A stretch of DNA of 64,000 bases from Candidatus Delongbacteria bacterium (GTDB taxonomy: Bacteria > CAIWAD01): contig OY760505.1 in the NCBI GenBank assembly GCA_963663545.1, positions 352,001 to 416,000 on the forward strand. The letters run 5' to 3'. Position 1 is the stretch's first letter. Every line of letters starts with the position of its first letter. The notes under the pieces were generated by a model. That model was given only the letters and a program-made list of their open reading frames with translations, was not told the DNA's origin and searched no databases. The translations under genes and the position numbers were made by a program. Positions 1 to 9,924 of this stretch are shown piece by piece.

Positions 1-1132
1 TTACCGGCAGGCTGGAGTCGAGCAGGGTGAAGCTGGAATCCATGTCCTTGATGTACTTGTGTACGCGGTTGGTGGACGCGTAGCCGTCCAGCTCGGCAAT
101 GTGCGCGTCGTCTTCGGTGAGGGTAAACACCTGGCCATCTGCGCTGAGCTGCGAAGTAAAATCCGCATCGGCACCGTCCGTGCGATTGGCGTCGGCATAG
201 AAACCGCGAAGTTCCGTGCTGAGGCTCCAGGGGCCTTCGCCCTGCAGGTTCACTGTGAAGTAGCCGTCGGCATCGGTGCTGGTACCCACTCCGCCAACGG
301 TGACGTAGGCGTAAGACAAGGGCTGTACCAGGGAGGGATCGGAGGGCTGCTCGAGCTCGCACTCCAGCATCATGCGGCCGGTCATCTCGACATGGCGTAC
401 GCGGTTGTAGCTCATCAGCAGTCGGGCGTCATTGGCGGAAAGCCAGACCTCGTAGATTTCCTCCGGGGAGTCCAGACGGACCGTTGCGTGACGGACGGGC
501 TCAAAGGTCCATCCGCTCTTCAGATAGCGTGGCAGCAGCTGCAGCTCCTCGTCCAGCTCCACCGAGCTTATGGCAAGGGCCTCGCTCGGCAGCTCGTAGC
601 AGGCGCGCTCCAACTGTGCCGCAGAAAGGCGCGTGGCGTTCAGCGAGTAGTCGACGGGCAGATCGCTACCCATCAAGAGCAGGTGGCCCTCTTCGCTCAC
701 GCGGAAGTTGACTTCGGCCTGTTGCAGCGCCATGCCGTCCACCACCAGCTGGTAGTCGGCGTACCACACCTGTCCGTGCAAGGTCAGCTGACGCGCCCGC
801 AGTTTGCCCACCTGATGACTCTGGCAGAGCAGATCCGCGTGCTTGCTCATAAATGAGCGCAGGCGCGAATCCAGGTCCTCCGCCGATTTCACATGGCCGC
901 CCTCAAGCGGCGACTGGCTCATCAGAACGCGGTGCGGGTAGGGGTGGTAACGGTCCCAGTCCATGATGCGCGTGCCAGGGTGAGTGCCAAGGTAGGCCTC
1001 CCAGGAAGCGCTGACCCCCATGTGATCCGCCTGCAGCGGGTGAAGCGGTTGTTCGGGGAAAACGACCGGCAACTGCGCCAAGGCGGAGACACTGAGAGCC
1101 AAAATCAGAACAGAGTGATGTAGGAATCGCAT
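1..1132 (-). CDS. Secreted metalloprotease precursor, M4/M36-like (signal peptide + FTP/PepSY-like propeptide); 3' end runs off the window
   Basis: Not in the ORF track because it has no stop in the window. Manual translation from ATG 1132 (RBS GAGGGAG) gives MRFLHHSVLILALSVSALAQ... and VWYADYQLVVDGMALQQAEVNFRVSEEGHLLLMGSD, resembling an FTP propeptide. The HExxH site would lie beyond the edge. Confidence 0.6.
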   Translation of the reverse strand, partial: MRFLHHSVLILALSVSALAQLPVVFPEQPLHPLQADHMGVSASWEAYLGTHPGTRIMDWDRYHPYPHRVLMSQSPLEGGHVKSAEDLDSRLRSFMSKHADLLCQSHQVGKLRARQLTLHGQVWYADYQLVVDGMALQQAEVNFRVSEEGHLLLMGSDLPVDYSLNATRLSAAQLERACYELPSEALAISSVELDEELQLLPRYLKSGWTFEPVRHATVRLDSPEEIYEVWLSANDARLLMSYNRVRHVEMTGRMMLECELEQPSDPSLVQPLSYAYVTVGGVGTSTDADGYFTVNLQGEGPWSLSTELRGFYADANRTDGADADFTSQLSADGQVFTLTEDDAHIAELDGYASTNRVHKYIKDMDSSFTLLDSSLPV

Positions 1133-1332
1133 ACTCCCTCACAAGTCGTTGGTGGCTTGTTGGCACTTGTGTTGAGGATCTGACACCGATTCTTCAGCAA
1201 GTGTGAGGCAAGCCTATGAATATCAAGCACACCCGCGCAAATCGGCTCGATGTGCGGCGGGAGGTGCAGGTGTATTGAGCAAATTGTAGGCCAATGCAGC
1301 TGGTGCTGCGCTCGTGCTGGGTATCGCGGGAA

Positions 1333-1980
1333 TCAGCCGCGCAGGACGTCAACAAATTCCGCAAGCAGCGACTCATTCAGGTGCCCGTCCAGGCGCAGAC
1401 CCGAACAGACATCGACTCCGAAGGGATGCACTCCGCGCAGCGCGTCCGCCAAGTTGCCGGGGTTCAAGCCGCCAGCCAGATAGACGGGCAGGGGAACACG
1501 ATTCACAATCTCGGCACTCAGCGACCAATCGTGGGTCTTGCCGGTGCCTCCAAGCGTTGGCGTGGACGCTAGTGGATTTCCGGAATCCAGCAACAGCGCG
1601 TCCACCTTCTCCTGCAGCCGTAGTGCCTCGGTCACCGCATCGGGACCGCAAACGTGGACCACCTGCACAATGCGCAGCGTAGGATGGGACTCGCGCAATG
1701 CCGCGTACACTCGGTCTTCAACGCGGTCCACCAGTTGTATCACCGAACAACGACAGCGCCTAACCTGCTCCACAACTTCGATGGGCCGGGTTTCGGAACT
1801 CAGAAGAAAGCTATCCACCCCGGGAGGCACCAGCGGCGCAAGACGGGCGATTTCGGACTCCGTCAAGCAGCCCGGTCCACTGGGCATCGGCCCGACCAAT
1901 CCTATGGCGTCAGCGCCATAGGCGACGGCCAGCTCCAACTCGGCGGGCGATGTGATACAACAGACTTTCAGCCGTGTCAC
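1333..1980 (-). CDS. trpF: Phosphoribosylanthranilate isomerase
   Basis: LKVCCIT, GADAIGLV, LLLDS, LGGTGKTHDW, LAGGLNPGN and GVDVCSG motifs. Confidence 0.93.
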   Translation of the reverse strand: MTRLKVCCITSPAELELAVAYGADAIGLVGPMPSGPGCLTESEIARLAPLVPPGVDSFLLSSETRPIEVVEQVRRCRCSVIQLVDRVEDRVYAALRESHPTLRIVQVVHVCGPDAVTEALRLQEKVDALLLDSGNPLASTPTLGGTGKTHDWSLSAEIVNRVPLPVYLAGGLNPGNLADALRGVHPFGVDVCSGLRLDGHLNESLLAEFVDVLRG

Positions 1981-2022
1981 ACTGAATTCCTTAACGAAAA
2001 GCTGTCGGAGCAGAAAAGGCGC

Positions 2023-2637
2023 CTACTCCTCTACGCGGCTACGCACGATCCAGGCGTCGCGATAGCCCAAACGCAGCGCCTGGCGGCGCAGAACGTCAGC
2101 GTCATCGCGACGGGCAAACATGCCCACGCGCACTTTATAATTGGGCGCATCCCAGACCACATTCACGGACTCACCGGGAAACAGGTACAGCGCCTGCTCA
2201 CGGTACTCGTCCGCCTGGCTTTTGCTGGTGGAAGCGAAGAGCTGCACCTGGAAGCCTTCGCGGAGCTGCGGCGCGGCGGGGGCGGCTTCCTGTTCGGCCA
2301 CTTCGGCGGCTACCTGCTCGGGGTTCTCCACCAGATCAGCTTCAACCTCCTGTGCAGGAGCGGGCGGGCCAGTGGCATCAGGCAGCGGCAGCGGTGGCGC
2401 CAAGGGCTGCATTTCTTCGATGACCGGCACCTCGCGAGGACGAAACACCAGCTCGGCGTCGGGCAGCAGGAAGGGATCCAGGCTCTCCTCCTGTGTCACG
2501 GTTCCGGCGGGACTCAGGACCAGGCTGTCGGCAGACTGGTCGACGGGCAACTCGGGTTTGTCGGGACGGACCGCCGGAGTCATGCAGGCGGCCAGAAGCA
2601 TCAGCGTAGGCAGCAAGGCGTAAGCAATTTTCCTCAT
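2023..2637 (-). CDS. SPOR-domain lipoprotein
   Basis: Start moved to ATG 2637. Lipobox LLAAC, Pro/Glu-rich linker, C-terminal GFQVQLFA...YKVRVGMF...GYRDAWIV. Confidence 0.85.
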   Translation of the reverse strand: MRKIAYALLPTLMLLAACMTPAVRPDKPELPVDQSADSLVLSPAGTVTQEESLDPFLLPDAELVFRPREVPVIEEMQPLAPPLPLPDATGPPAPAQEVEADLVENPEQVAAEVAEQEAAPAAPQLREGFQVQLFASTSKSQADEYREQALYLFPGESVNVVWDAPNYKVRVGMFARRDDADVLRRQALRLGYRDAWIVRSRVEE

Positions 2638-2668
2638 CCATCCCTCCTGTTCCGTCCGAGTAGCGGCG

Positions 2669-3451
2669 TCATCGCGTTTCGATGGCTTCCAGCGCCTCCA
2701 GCGAACACCAGCCCTCGCGACCGTCGGGCAAGCGCAGCTGCTGCCAGCCAGCACTCTCGCTGCGTCGTCCCAGGGCGACGACAGTGCCTTCGTGCAAATC
2801 AAACAGATTAGTGGCCCCTTCGCTGGGCGCGGCTTGCACCACTACCTTGTCCACCAGAATCACGCCGCGATTGCGTTGTCCGGCCAGATCGGCTCGCATA
2901 AGAAGAAAGCCAAGGGCCAGCAGCACCAGCGTGAGGCCAGAAGGTAGCAGAATCCGGTGGAAGCTGTTCAGTCGACCGCCGGGGAGCCAGGGTCTGCGCA
3001 CCAGCGCCAAAGAGGCAAAGGCAAGCCCCAGGCTGAAGATCCACCAGGGCAGATCACGGGGCAGCAGCAGAAAGAGGCGATCCAGCCAGTCCCAGAGCGG
3101 CAGGCGAACCGTGGGCGGCAGTTCGTCCACCAATCCCGTGCGGGCCAGCTCCAAATTAGCGCGGACTTCGCGATCGAGCGGAGCAATGAGCAGCGCGCGT
3201 TCCCAATGCAAAATAGCCTCGCCCAGCTCGCCACGCCGGTACCAGGCGTTGCCCAGATTAAACTCCAGCTCGACGGAGCTCAGCCCCTGATCTACAAGAC
3301 CTTGCCAGAGCTCGACCGCCTGCTCAAAGTCCCCATTGTTGTAGGCGACCGTAGCCTGCTCGAATATGGCGTGCGCGGCGTCCTGATTCACTTCAGCAGA
3401 AGCGCAAAGAGCGAGCGCGCACAGCAGGCAGAGAAAAACAAAGCGTCTCAT
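2669..3451 (-). CDS. batE: BatE-like TPR + SH3 membrane protein
   Basis: TPR FNLGNAWYRRGELGEAILHWERA, two TM segments, LHEGT SH3 motif, operon position. Confidence 0.85.
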   Translation of the reverse strand: MRRFVFLCLLCALALCASAEVNQDAAHAIFEQATVAYNNGDFEQAVELWQGLVDQGLSSVELEFNLGNAWYRRGELGEAILHWERALLIAPLDREVRANLELARTGLVDELPPTVRLPLWDWLDRLFLLLPRDLPWWIFSLGLAFASLALVRRPWLPGGRLNSFHRILLPSGLTLVLLALGFLLMRADLAGQRNRGVILVDKVVVQAAPSEGATNLFDLHEGTVVALGRRSESAGWQQLRLPDGREGWCSLEALEAIETR

Positions 3452-5244
3452 CGTGCACCTCCCCGCGACGTGGACTCCTGTTCGAGGGCGTGGAAGGCCT
3501 CCTCCAGCATGGGCAGCAGTGCGGTCAATTCCTGCTGCAGCACTTCGGGCTGTCCACCGCCGTAGCGGATCAGCTCCAGCCTGCGCACCAGCTCGCGCAG
3601 CGCGCGGGTAGCACTCTCGCTCAGGCCGCGTGTCACCAGCTGTTCCACTTGTTCGCCCAGCACCAGCCCCGCAGCGGACAGATTCTGCTTGTCGGCCAGA
3701 TACTGCAGGAGAATAGCCTCCACCAGACCGGCCTGCGTGTCAGCTTCCTTGCCCGTCAGTTCCTTCATACGACGACGCGCCTGTGATAGGGCCAGACGCC
3801 GACGCTCGCCGGGCAGATTACGGCGCTTCTCCTGCAGACGCTGCGCCCAAAGGTGCGAGCCAAGCGGCGCAGCCAGCAGCATGAGAATCAGCAAGCGCCA
3901 CCACCAACGGGCACTCAGCGGCGTGCCAAGCTCTTCGAAGCGCTCCGGCGCGGCCAGCAGATGGCGGATGTCCTGACCATAACTGCGCACGCGCTCGGCG
4001 GCACCCACCACGAGCGCGCCTCCTGCGCTGGATTTGCCTGCGCTGACCTGAATGCTCCAGGGCCCCTGACTGAGCACCTTGTACTGGCCCTTGTCGGTAT
4101 CGTAATACACAAAACGAACGGCCTCGATGCGCTGCTCGCCAGCGGCGCGTGGTACCAGCAGAGTTTTGAATTTGCGCTGGCCGCGCATGCCCGTTTCGCC
4201 GGGGCGCAGGCTTTCTTCGGTCTGCGTGTCGTAACGCTCGAAATCGGGAGAAAGCACCAGCTCGGGCGCCTGCAACATGCCCACATTGCCGCGACCACTC
4301 AAGGTCACCGTCATGGTCAAAGCCTCGCCCGCGGCCAGACTGTTGCGATCAGGCTCGGCCTGCATGCGATACACGCCCACAGCTCCACTGAAGCCTGCGG
4401 GTGCGCCCGGGGGCAGGTCGCTCACCTTCAGCGTCACCACATCGCTGGCCAGATTCAGCCGCTCGTTGCGATCGAAGACCGGCGAATCAAACAACGAGCC
4501 AAAGGGATCCCGGCTGCGCCGCGCCTTCTGTGCTGGCACGGAAACCGTCGCCGTGGCGGGCTCCAGCGTCAGCTCTCCGGAGCGGGTCGGATACAGCAGG
4601 CAACGACCGATGACGGCGCTGTTCCAGGTCTGTCCGTCCAGATCGCGCTGCTCGATCTCGGGCTGTCTCACGGGTTCGAGCTCCTGCACCAGAAAACCGG
4701 GCAGGCGATCGATGCGCGGTGGCTCGTAGGAATTCACATTGCTGTTGAAGTAGAGGACCCAGTTCAGCACCAGCTCCTGGCCCACGACGGCCTCGGTATC
4801 GCTCAGCTCGGCGCGCAGAAAAATCTTGCGGCTGCCCGAACCCGCACTCTGTCCGGGAGCCGCCGCACGTATTTTCAGCGGTCGCGAACTCAGCGTAGTA
4901 CCGTCGTATTGCACACGCGCTGGCGAGACACTCACATCGCCCGCTTTCAGCGGCATCAGCACGTAGGTCCAGGTGCGCTCGTTGCTGGAGCGACCGTTGA
5001 TCAGATTGACCGAGGTCGAAATGCTGGGACCGGCCAGAACGCGAAAGCCCTCGAAATCCGGGGCAATGAGGTTTGTGTTACGCGGAATGCTCTTCTCGGA
5101 GCGCAGTGTCCAGCTCAGCTCCCAGGTGCCGCCGTTCTCCTGCGCCTGTCCCGTCAGCGAGGCGGCACACGCACCTATCGCCAGCGTCAGCAACAGCGCC
5201 CAGCACCAGAGTGTCCGTTGTATCACGGTGTGGCCGATCACCAA
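3448..5244 (-). CDS. batD: BatD-family protein
   Basis: PDFEGFRVLAGPS..S...INGR, FSGAVG and C-terminal TM segment, within the Bat operon. Exact start uncertain. Confidence 0.85.
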   Translation of the reverse strand: MVIGHTVIQRTLWCWALLLTLAIGACAASLTGQAQENGGTWELSWTLRSEKSIPRNTNLIAPDFEGFRVLAGPSISTSVNLINGRSSNERTWTYVLMPLKAGDVSVSPARVQYDGTTLSSRPLKIRAAAPGQSAGSGSRKIFLRAELSDTEAVVGQELVLNWVLYFNSNVNSYEPPRIDRLPGFLVQELEPVRQPEIEQRDLDGQTWNSAVIGRCLLYPTRSGELTLEPATATVSVPAQKARRSRDPFGSLFDSPVFDRNERLNLASDVVTLKVSDLPPGAPAGFSGAVGVYRMQAEPDRNSLAAGEALTMTVTLSGRGNVGMLQAPELVLSPDFERYDTQTEESLRPGETGMRGQRKFKTLLVPRAAGEQRIEAVRFVYYDTDKGQYKVLSQGPWSIQVSAGKSSAGGALVVGAAERVRSYGQDIRHLLAAPERFEELGTPLSARWWWRLLILMLLAAPLGSHLWAQRLQEKRRNLPGERRRLALSQARRRMKELTGKEADTQAGLVEAILLQYLADKQNLSAAGLVLGEQVEQLVTRGLSESATRALRELVRRLELIRYGGGQPEVLQQELTALLPMLEEAFHALEQESTSRGGAR

Positions 5245-7043
5245 TCCTTCTCCACTTTTCGCCTGGGGCCGGGAATGGCCTTCAGTTGCTCTTCCATCGT
5301 CTCCCGCTCCATCTCCTGCACTGCCTGCAGAATTTGCTGTACTTGCTCGGGACTCATGACCTGCGTGCTGTCAACCGGCTGGGGCTGGGGCTGCTCTTCC
5401 TGCTCCTGCTGCTCGCTCTGCTGCCCTTGCTGTTGTTGCTGGTCTTGCTTCTGTTGATCCTGTTGTTGCTGGTCCTGCTGTTGCTGATCTTGCTTCTGTT
5501 GGTCCTGGTCTTGCTGATCCTGCTGTTGATCTTGCTTTTGCTGATCCTGGTCCTGATCCTGCTGATCCCGATCAGGATCCCGCTCCTGGTCTTGCTGTTG
5601 CTGCATTTGCTGCAGCGCCAGTTCCAGATTGTGCTTGGCGTCAAACATGCGTGGATTGCGTTTGAGCGCTTCGACATAGGACTTCAGCGCTTGATCCGGC
5701 TGCTGTTGCGCCAGCTGCGCGTTGCCCAGATTGTACCAGGCGTCGGCGGCCAGGGAAGCGTCCTCGCGCGAAAGGGCAGCCTCCTGATCCAGCAAGTGCT
5801 GCAGGGTTTGCGCCGCTGCGGCTGCATCTCCGCTCTTCAATTGCGCATCGGCCAGATTGAAGCGCGCCACGGGGTCATCGCCTGCATCCAGCACACTCTG
5901 ATAAGAAAGCACAGCACTGCCGTAGTCGCCCTGATCGTAGGAGCTGTTGCCAGCCTTGATTTGGTCGACCGCCTCGCTGCTACGCGCAGCCTGTGATACA
6001 GCCGGAAACAGCACAACAAGCAGCAGTGCCGCTCCAAGTCCGCTACGTGATACCCGCTTCAGTGGTGGCAGCCAAAGACCCAGCGCCAACAACACCAACG
6101 CTGGCCAGAGGAACCAGGTATAGCGATGCTGCCAGCCGGAATACACACGACTGCCCAGCAACGCACGATCCATCTCGTCCAGACGGTCGCGAATGTCCAC
6201 CAGTTCGCCTCCTCCGGGTGTGGAGCGATAATAGGCGCCGTTGCCCATGCGTGCCAGCTCGATCAGCGCCTCTTCGTTCAGACGACTGAGTACGATGCTG
6301 CCGTCGCGGTCCTGTTTGTAGGCGCCGGTCCTGTCGGGGTCGGGTACAGGGGCGCCTTCGGGGGACGCCATGCCGACGGTGAAAACTCGTACGCCCTCGG
6401 CAACCGCCTTCTCCGCATCCGAGCGCCAATCGCCGACGAAGTCTTCGCCGTCGGACATGATGACAATCACGCGCTCGTGGTCAGCGCCCTCGGCAAAGGA
6501 ATTCATGGCCAGCCGAATGGGCGCTCCCAGATCGGTGCCGGGCACGGGAATCAGTCCGGGCTTCAGTAGATCCACCAGCATGCCCACCATGTTGTAGTCG
6601 GTGGTCAGCGGATTCTGCAAATAGGCGCTGCCAGCAAAGGGCAGAAGCGCAACGCGGTCGCCGTGTAGTTCGGCCAGCAGACGGCGGATGCTGTGACGCG
6701 CGCGCGCCATGCGGTCGGGGGCGAGGTCCTGCGCCGCCATGGACTGACTGACGTCCACTGCGAGAATCACATCCACGCCCTTGCGCTCGACTTCCATCAG
6801 CTTCGTACCCACTTGCGGGCCAGCAGCGGCCACAATCAGCAGCGCTAGCGCCAACAACTGCAACAGCAGACGCAGACGCTGTCTGCTGGTGGACCAGCCG
6901 GGCAGCATGGCCTGCAGTGTATCACGGCACCCCTGGGCGTTGAGCTTGCGTTTCAGCCCGCCCGCACGCCGCCAGCCCAGCACCAGCAGTACCGGCAGCA
7001 GCCAACCCAGATGCAGCAGCCAGGGATAGGCAAAACGTATCAT
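5238..7043 (-). CDS. batB: VWA + TPR protein (BatB-BatC fusion)
   Basis: MIDAS DVSQSM, PLTTD, SDGED, TPRs, Gln-rich linker and terminal EKDW. ATG 7043 overlaps the batA stop. Confidence 0.85.
   Translation of the reverse strand: MIRFAYPWLLHLGWLLPVLLVLGWRRAGGLKRKLNAQGCRDTLQAMLPGWSTSRQRLRLLLQLLALALLIVAAAGPQVGTKLMEVERKGVDVILAVDVSQSMAAQDLAPDRMARARHSIRRLLAELHGDRVALLPFAGSAYLQNPLTTDYNMVGMLVDLLKPGLIPVPGTDLGAPIRLAMNSFAEGADHERVIVIMSDGEDFVGDWRSDAEKAVAEGVRVFTVGMASPEGAPVPDPDRTGAYKQDRDGSIVLSRLNEEALIELARMGNGAYYRSTPGGGELVDIRDRLDEMDRALLGSRVYSGWQHRYTWFLWPALVLLALGLWLPPLKRVSRSGLGAALLLVVLFPAVSQAARSSEAVDQIKAGNSSYDQGDYGSAVLSYQSVLDAGDDPVARFNLADAQLKSGDAAAAAQTLQHLLDQEAALSREDASLAADAWYNLGNAQLAQQQPDQALKSYVEALKRNPRMFDAKHNLELALQQMQQQQDQERDPDRDQQDQDQDQQKQDQQQDQQDQDQQKQDQQQQDQQQQDQQKQDQQQQQGQQSEQQEQEEQPQPQPVDSTQVMSPEQVQQILQAVQEMERETMEEQLKAIPGPRRKVEKDW
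5398..5615 (-). repeat. Low-complexity Gln/Asp-rich coding repeat (QQQDQ-like units)
   Basis: ctgctg/ttgctg/gatcct iterations encoding QQQQDQERDPDRDQQDQDQDQQKQDQQQ... Confidence 0.85.
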
Positions 7044-8023
7044 AGGACCTGCCTCCTCATCAGCAGGGACAGCATCATGGCACAAGCCAGAAGCAGCACG
7101 GCGGCCTGCAGCCAGGGCGCGAAGCGCTCCTCCACCAACCGGTATTCGGTGACTTCAATCTCGCTGCGTTCGAGCTTGTCGATCTGTTCGTAGACGGCCT
7201 TCAGCTCCGAAAGGTCGTGAGCACGGAAATAGCGGCCACCGGTTTTGGTGGCGATCTCGCGCAGCAGCTCCTCGTCGATGTGCGCCTCAATATTCTGCAA
7301 GCGCGTTCCAAAGGGCGTCTGCACGGGAATGGGCGCCATGCCATCGCGGCCCACGCCGATGGTGTGCACGGTAATGCCTTCGGTAATGGCCAGATCCAGC
7401 GCGGTGCGCGGATCGATGCCGCGATTGTTCTCGCCATCGGTGAGCAGAATCAGCACGCGACTCTTGGCATCGCTTTCACGCAAACGGTTGACGCCCGTTG
7501 CCAGCGCCAGACCGACGGCGGTGCCGTCCTCCATCTCGCCGATTTCTACCTGATCGAGCTGGGAGAGCAGCAGGTCGTGATCCAGCGTCAAGGGGCACTT
7601 GGTGTAGGCTTCGCCCGCGAACACCACCAGCCCCAGCCGGTCCTGCCCGCGACCGCGAATGAAATCGGCGGCCACCGCACGGGCGGCATCAAGTCGATTG
7701 GGCTTCAGATCCTGCGCCTGCATGGAACCAGAAAGATCCAGCGCCAGCACGATGTCGATGCCCTCGCTGTGAACTTCTTGCTCGCTCTGCACGGCAATCG
7801 GCCTGGCCAGCGCGACCACGGCAGCGGCCACGGCAAGGGCCAGCAGCACAGGCGAAAGCCACAGTTTCAGCAGACTCTTGTAAGACAAGCGCACGATGGA
7901 CAACTCTTCGCGCGAGGAAGTCAGCAGGGACGGTCGACGCACTCGTTCGCGCCCCAGATGCCAGACGGCGGCTAGCGGAATCAGGAGCAGCAATAGCAGC
8001 AGCCAGGGATGCATGAAGGTCAT
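7040..8023 (-). CDS. batA: VWA-domain protein BatA
   Basis: DLSGSM MIDAS, GTAVG, LLTDGENN, IDEELLREIA, TM segments at both ends. Confidence 0.9.
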   Translation of the reverse strand: MTFMHPWLLLLLLLIPLAAVWHLGRERVRRPSLLTSSREELSIVRLSYKSLLKLWLSPVLLALAVAAAVVALARPIAVQSEQEVHSEGIDIVLALDLSGSMQAQDLKPNRLDAARAVAADFIRGRGQDRLGLVVFAGEAYTKCPLTLDHDLLLSQLDQVEIGEMEDGTAVGLALATGVNRLRESDAKSRVLILLTDGENNRGIDPRTALDLAITEGITVHTIGVGRDGMAPIPVQTPFGTRLQNIEAHIDEELLREIATKTGGRYFRAHDLSELKAVYEQIDKLERSEIEVTEYRLVEERFAPWLQAAVLLLACAMMLSLLMRRQVL

Positions 8024-9042
8024 GGGCGCACCTCCCCGGGTTGTGATTCAGCCCTTGTCTCATCATCAGCTGTGTCACGCTCCTGCTCCGCGAGTTCGCG
8101 GGAGTGATACAGCGCCATCAGACCCGGCTTGACGCTTTCGGCCCAGCGTGCGTAGTCGTCGGCAAGGTGACGGTTACGCTCGTCCGTGGGCCACTGGCGC
8201 GCGTACTTCACCAGATCGTTCTCGCGCAGCAGCTCCAGCAGCCGGCGGCGATCCGCCTCACCAAAGGGCGCGTGATCCAGCAGCTCCTCGATTTCGTAGG
8301 TGGTCATTTCACGTGCCGGACGTCGCATGCTGTCTTCCAGCAGACCACGCACGGCCAGGCTAAGTTGCGCCCAGTACTCGACCACGTCGCCGCTGCGCCA
8401 GAGTTCCTCAAAACGGATGCGGGTCATCGCGGCGCTGAAGATCTCCCAGGGATCGCGCTGCGGTTCCGGCTCTACCCGTACGCCAGCGAGGGCTCGCGGT
8501 CGAGTCCACCAACGCCAGCCCAGCCAGCATAGTAGCAGAACAGCCAGCAGCACAATGGCACGTATCACAAACCACAGCGGGCCGTGATGCACATTGAGCG
8601 GCGGCACGATGTCGCGCGGCAATGGCGCCTGCTGCGGCTCTCCGGCGTTCTCTAGCGGAACGCCACGGGGCAGGACGCTGAGCACTTCCAGACGCAGGCT
8701 GTCACTAACCAGCTCGCCCGAGTCACCTCCGCGCGTCCATGTGACACCTTGCGGCGGAAGTGTCACTGTGCCGATTTCGTAGGCGGCCAGGGTCAGAATG
8801 CGACGCTCGCCGCCTCCCTCAATCGCGACCAGGGTATCGGCCAGCAGGCCGCACGAGCCGAGGCGCAGCTTTTCGACGGCGGGCCAGTTGAGCTCACCGC
8901 CTTCGCCTGCGCTGGCGTCCATCCACAATTGAAAGGGATCGCCGACCGTGATGCTGTCGACGCCCACCAGGTTGTACTCCAAAGTGGCTCCGCGAGCGAG
9001 CAGCAACGCCGGCCACAGCAGTAGTGTGATCCAGAGTCTCAT
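8020..9042 (-). CDS. Membrane protein of the MoxR/Bat operon (DUF4381-like)
   Basis: Start moved to ATG 9042 (ATGA overlap). Signal peptide, ITVGDPF, TM segment, EMTTYEI and DLVKYAR. Confidence 0.75.
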   Translation of the reverse strand: MRLWITLLLWPALLLARGATLEYNLVGVDSITVGDPFQLWMDASAGEGGELNWPAVEKLRLGSCGLLADTLVAIEGGGERRILTLAAYEIGTVTLPPQGVTWTRGGDSGELVSDSLRLEVLSVLPRGVPLENAGEPQQAPLPRDIVPPLNVHHGPLWFVIRAIVLLAVLLLCWLGWRWWTRPRALAGVRVEPEPQRDPWEIFSAAMTRIRFEELWRSGDVVEYWAQLSLAVRGLLEDSMRRPAREMTTYEIEELLDHAPFGEADRRRLLELLRENDLVKYARQWPTDERNRHLADDYARWAESVKPGLMALYHSRELAEQERDTADDETRAESQPGEVRP

Positions 9043-9914
9043 CGGCGACGGCTCCTGTTGCGGAAGAAATGATTGAGTGGACGCGCGTAGTCTTCGCCTG
9101 CCACCAGCTCCACCTGGTCGATGCGCAGACGGCGCAGAGTGTGGGTGAGCTCTTCGCGGCGACGATGCGCGGCGCGTCGATAGGCGTCCCGTGTGCGAGG
9201 ACAGGCCGTGTCGACCCAACGGCGCTGGCCGCTTTCCAGATCCTGCACGCGCAGAAGACCGGCCTGGGGCAGTTCATCCTCCCAGGGGTCGCGCACGCTC
9301 ATGGCCACAAGATCGTGCTTTTGGCGCAGTGCGCGCAGAGCGGGCGTGTAGTCCGTATCACGAAAATCACTGAGCAGGAAGACAATGGCCTTCTTCTTCT
9401 GCACGCGCGCCAAGTGTTCCAGACCAGCCGTGATACGCGTCCCACGGCCCTCGGGCTGGAAATAGAGCAGGTCGCGGATCAGGCGTAACACATGACGATT
9501 GCCCTTGGCCGGTGGCACGTAGTGCTCGACGCGGTCGCTGAAGAGCAGCAGGCCCACACGATCACGATTACGAATGGCGCTGAAAGCCAGTACCGCGCCC
9601 AACTCGGCGATGAGTTCGCGCTTGCTCTGGCTCTGGCTGCCGAAGTAATCGCTGGCCGAAAGGTCCACCGCCAGGATCACCGTCAGTTCGCGCTCTTCGC
9701 GAAAAACCTTGATGAAGGGCTGGCCCATGCGGGCGCTGACATTCCAGTCGATGGAACGCACTTCGTCGCCGGGGTGATACTCGCGCACCTCGTCGAAGTC
9801 CATACCGTGGCCCTTGAACGCGCTGTGATACTCGCCGCCGAAAAGATTCTGCACGATGCTTCGCGTGCGGATCTCGATGCGCCGGATGCGCTTGAGCAAT
9901 TCTCGCGGAATCAT
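9039..9914 (-). CDS. DUF58 family protein
   Basis: GEYHSAFKGHGMDFDEVREYHPGDEVRSIDWNVSAR. Confidence 0.93.
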   Translation of the reverse strand: MIPRELLKRIRRIEIRTRSIVQNLFGGEYHSAFKGHGMDFDEVREYHPGDEVRSIDWNVSARMGQPFIKVFREERELTVILAVDLSASDYFGSQSQSKRELIAELGAVLAFSAIRNRDRVGLLLFSDRVEHYVPPAKGNRHVLRLIRDLLYFQPEGRGTRITAGLEHLARVQKKKAIVFLLSDFRDTDYTPALRALRQKHDLVAMSVRDPWEDELPQAGLLRVQDLESGQRRWVDTACPRTRDAYRRAAHRRREELTHTLRRLRIDQVELVAGEDYARPLNHFFRNRSRRR

Positions 9915-9924
9915 ACCGCGCCCC

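Noticed and set aside
5398-5615. Gln-rich repeat as a novel element
   Set aside because: Such linkers are typical of BatC-like proteins.
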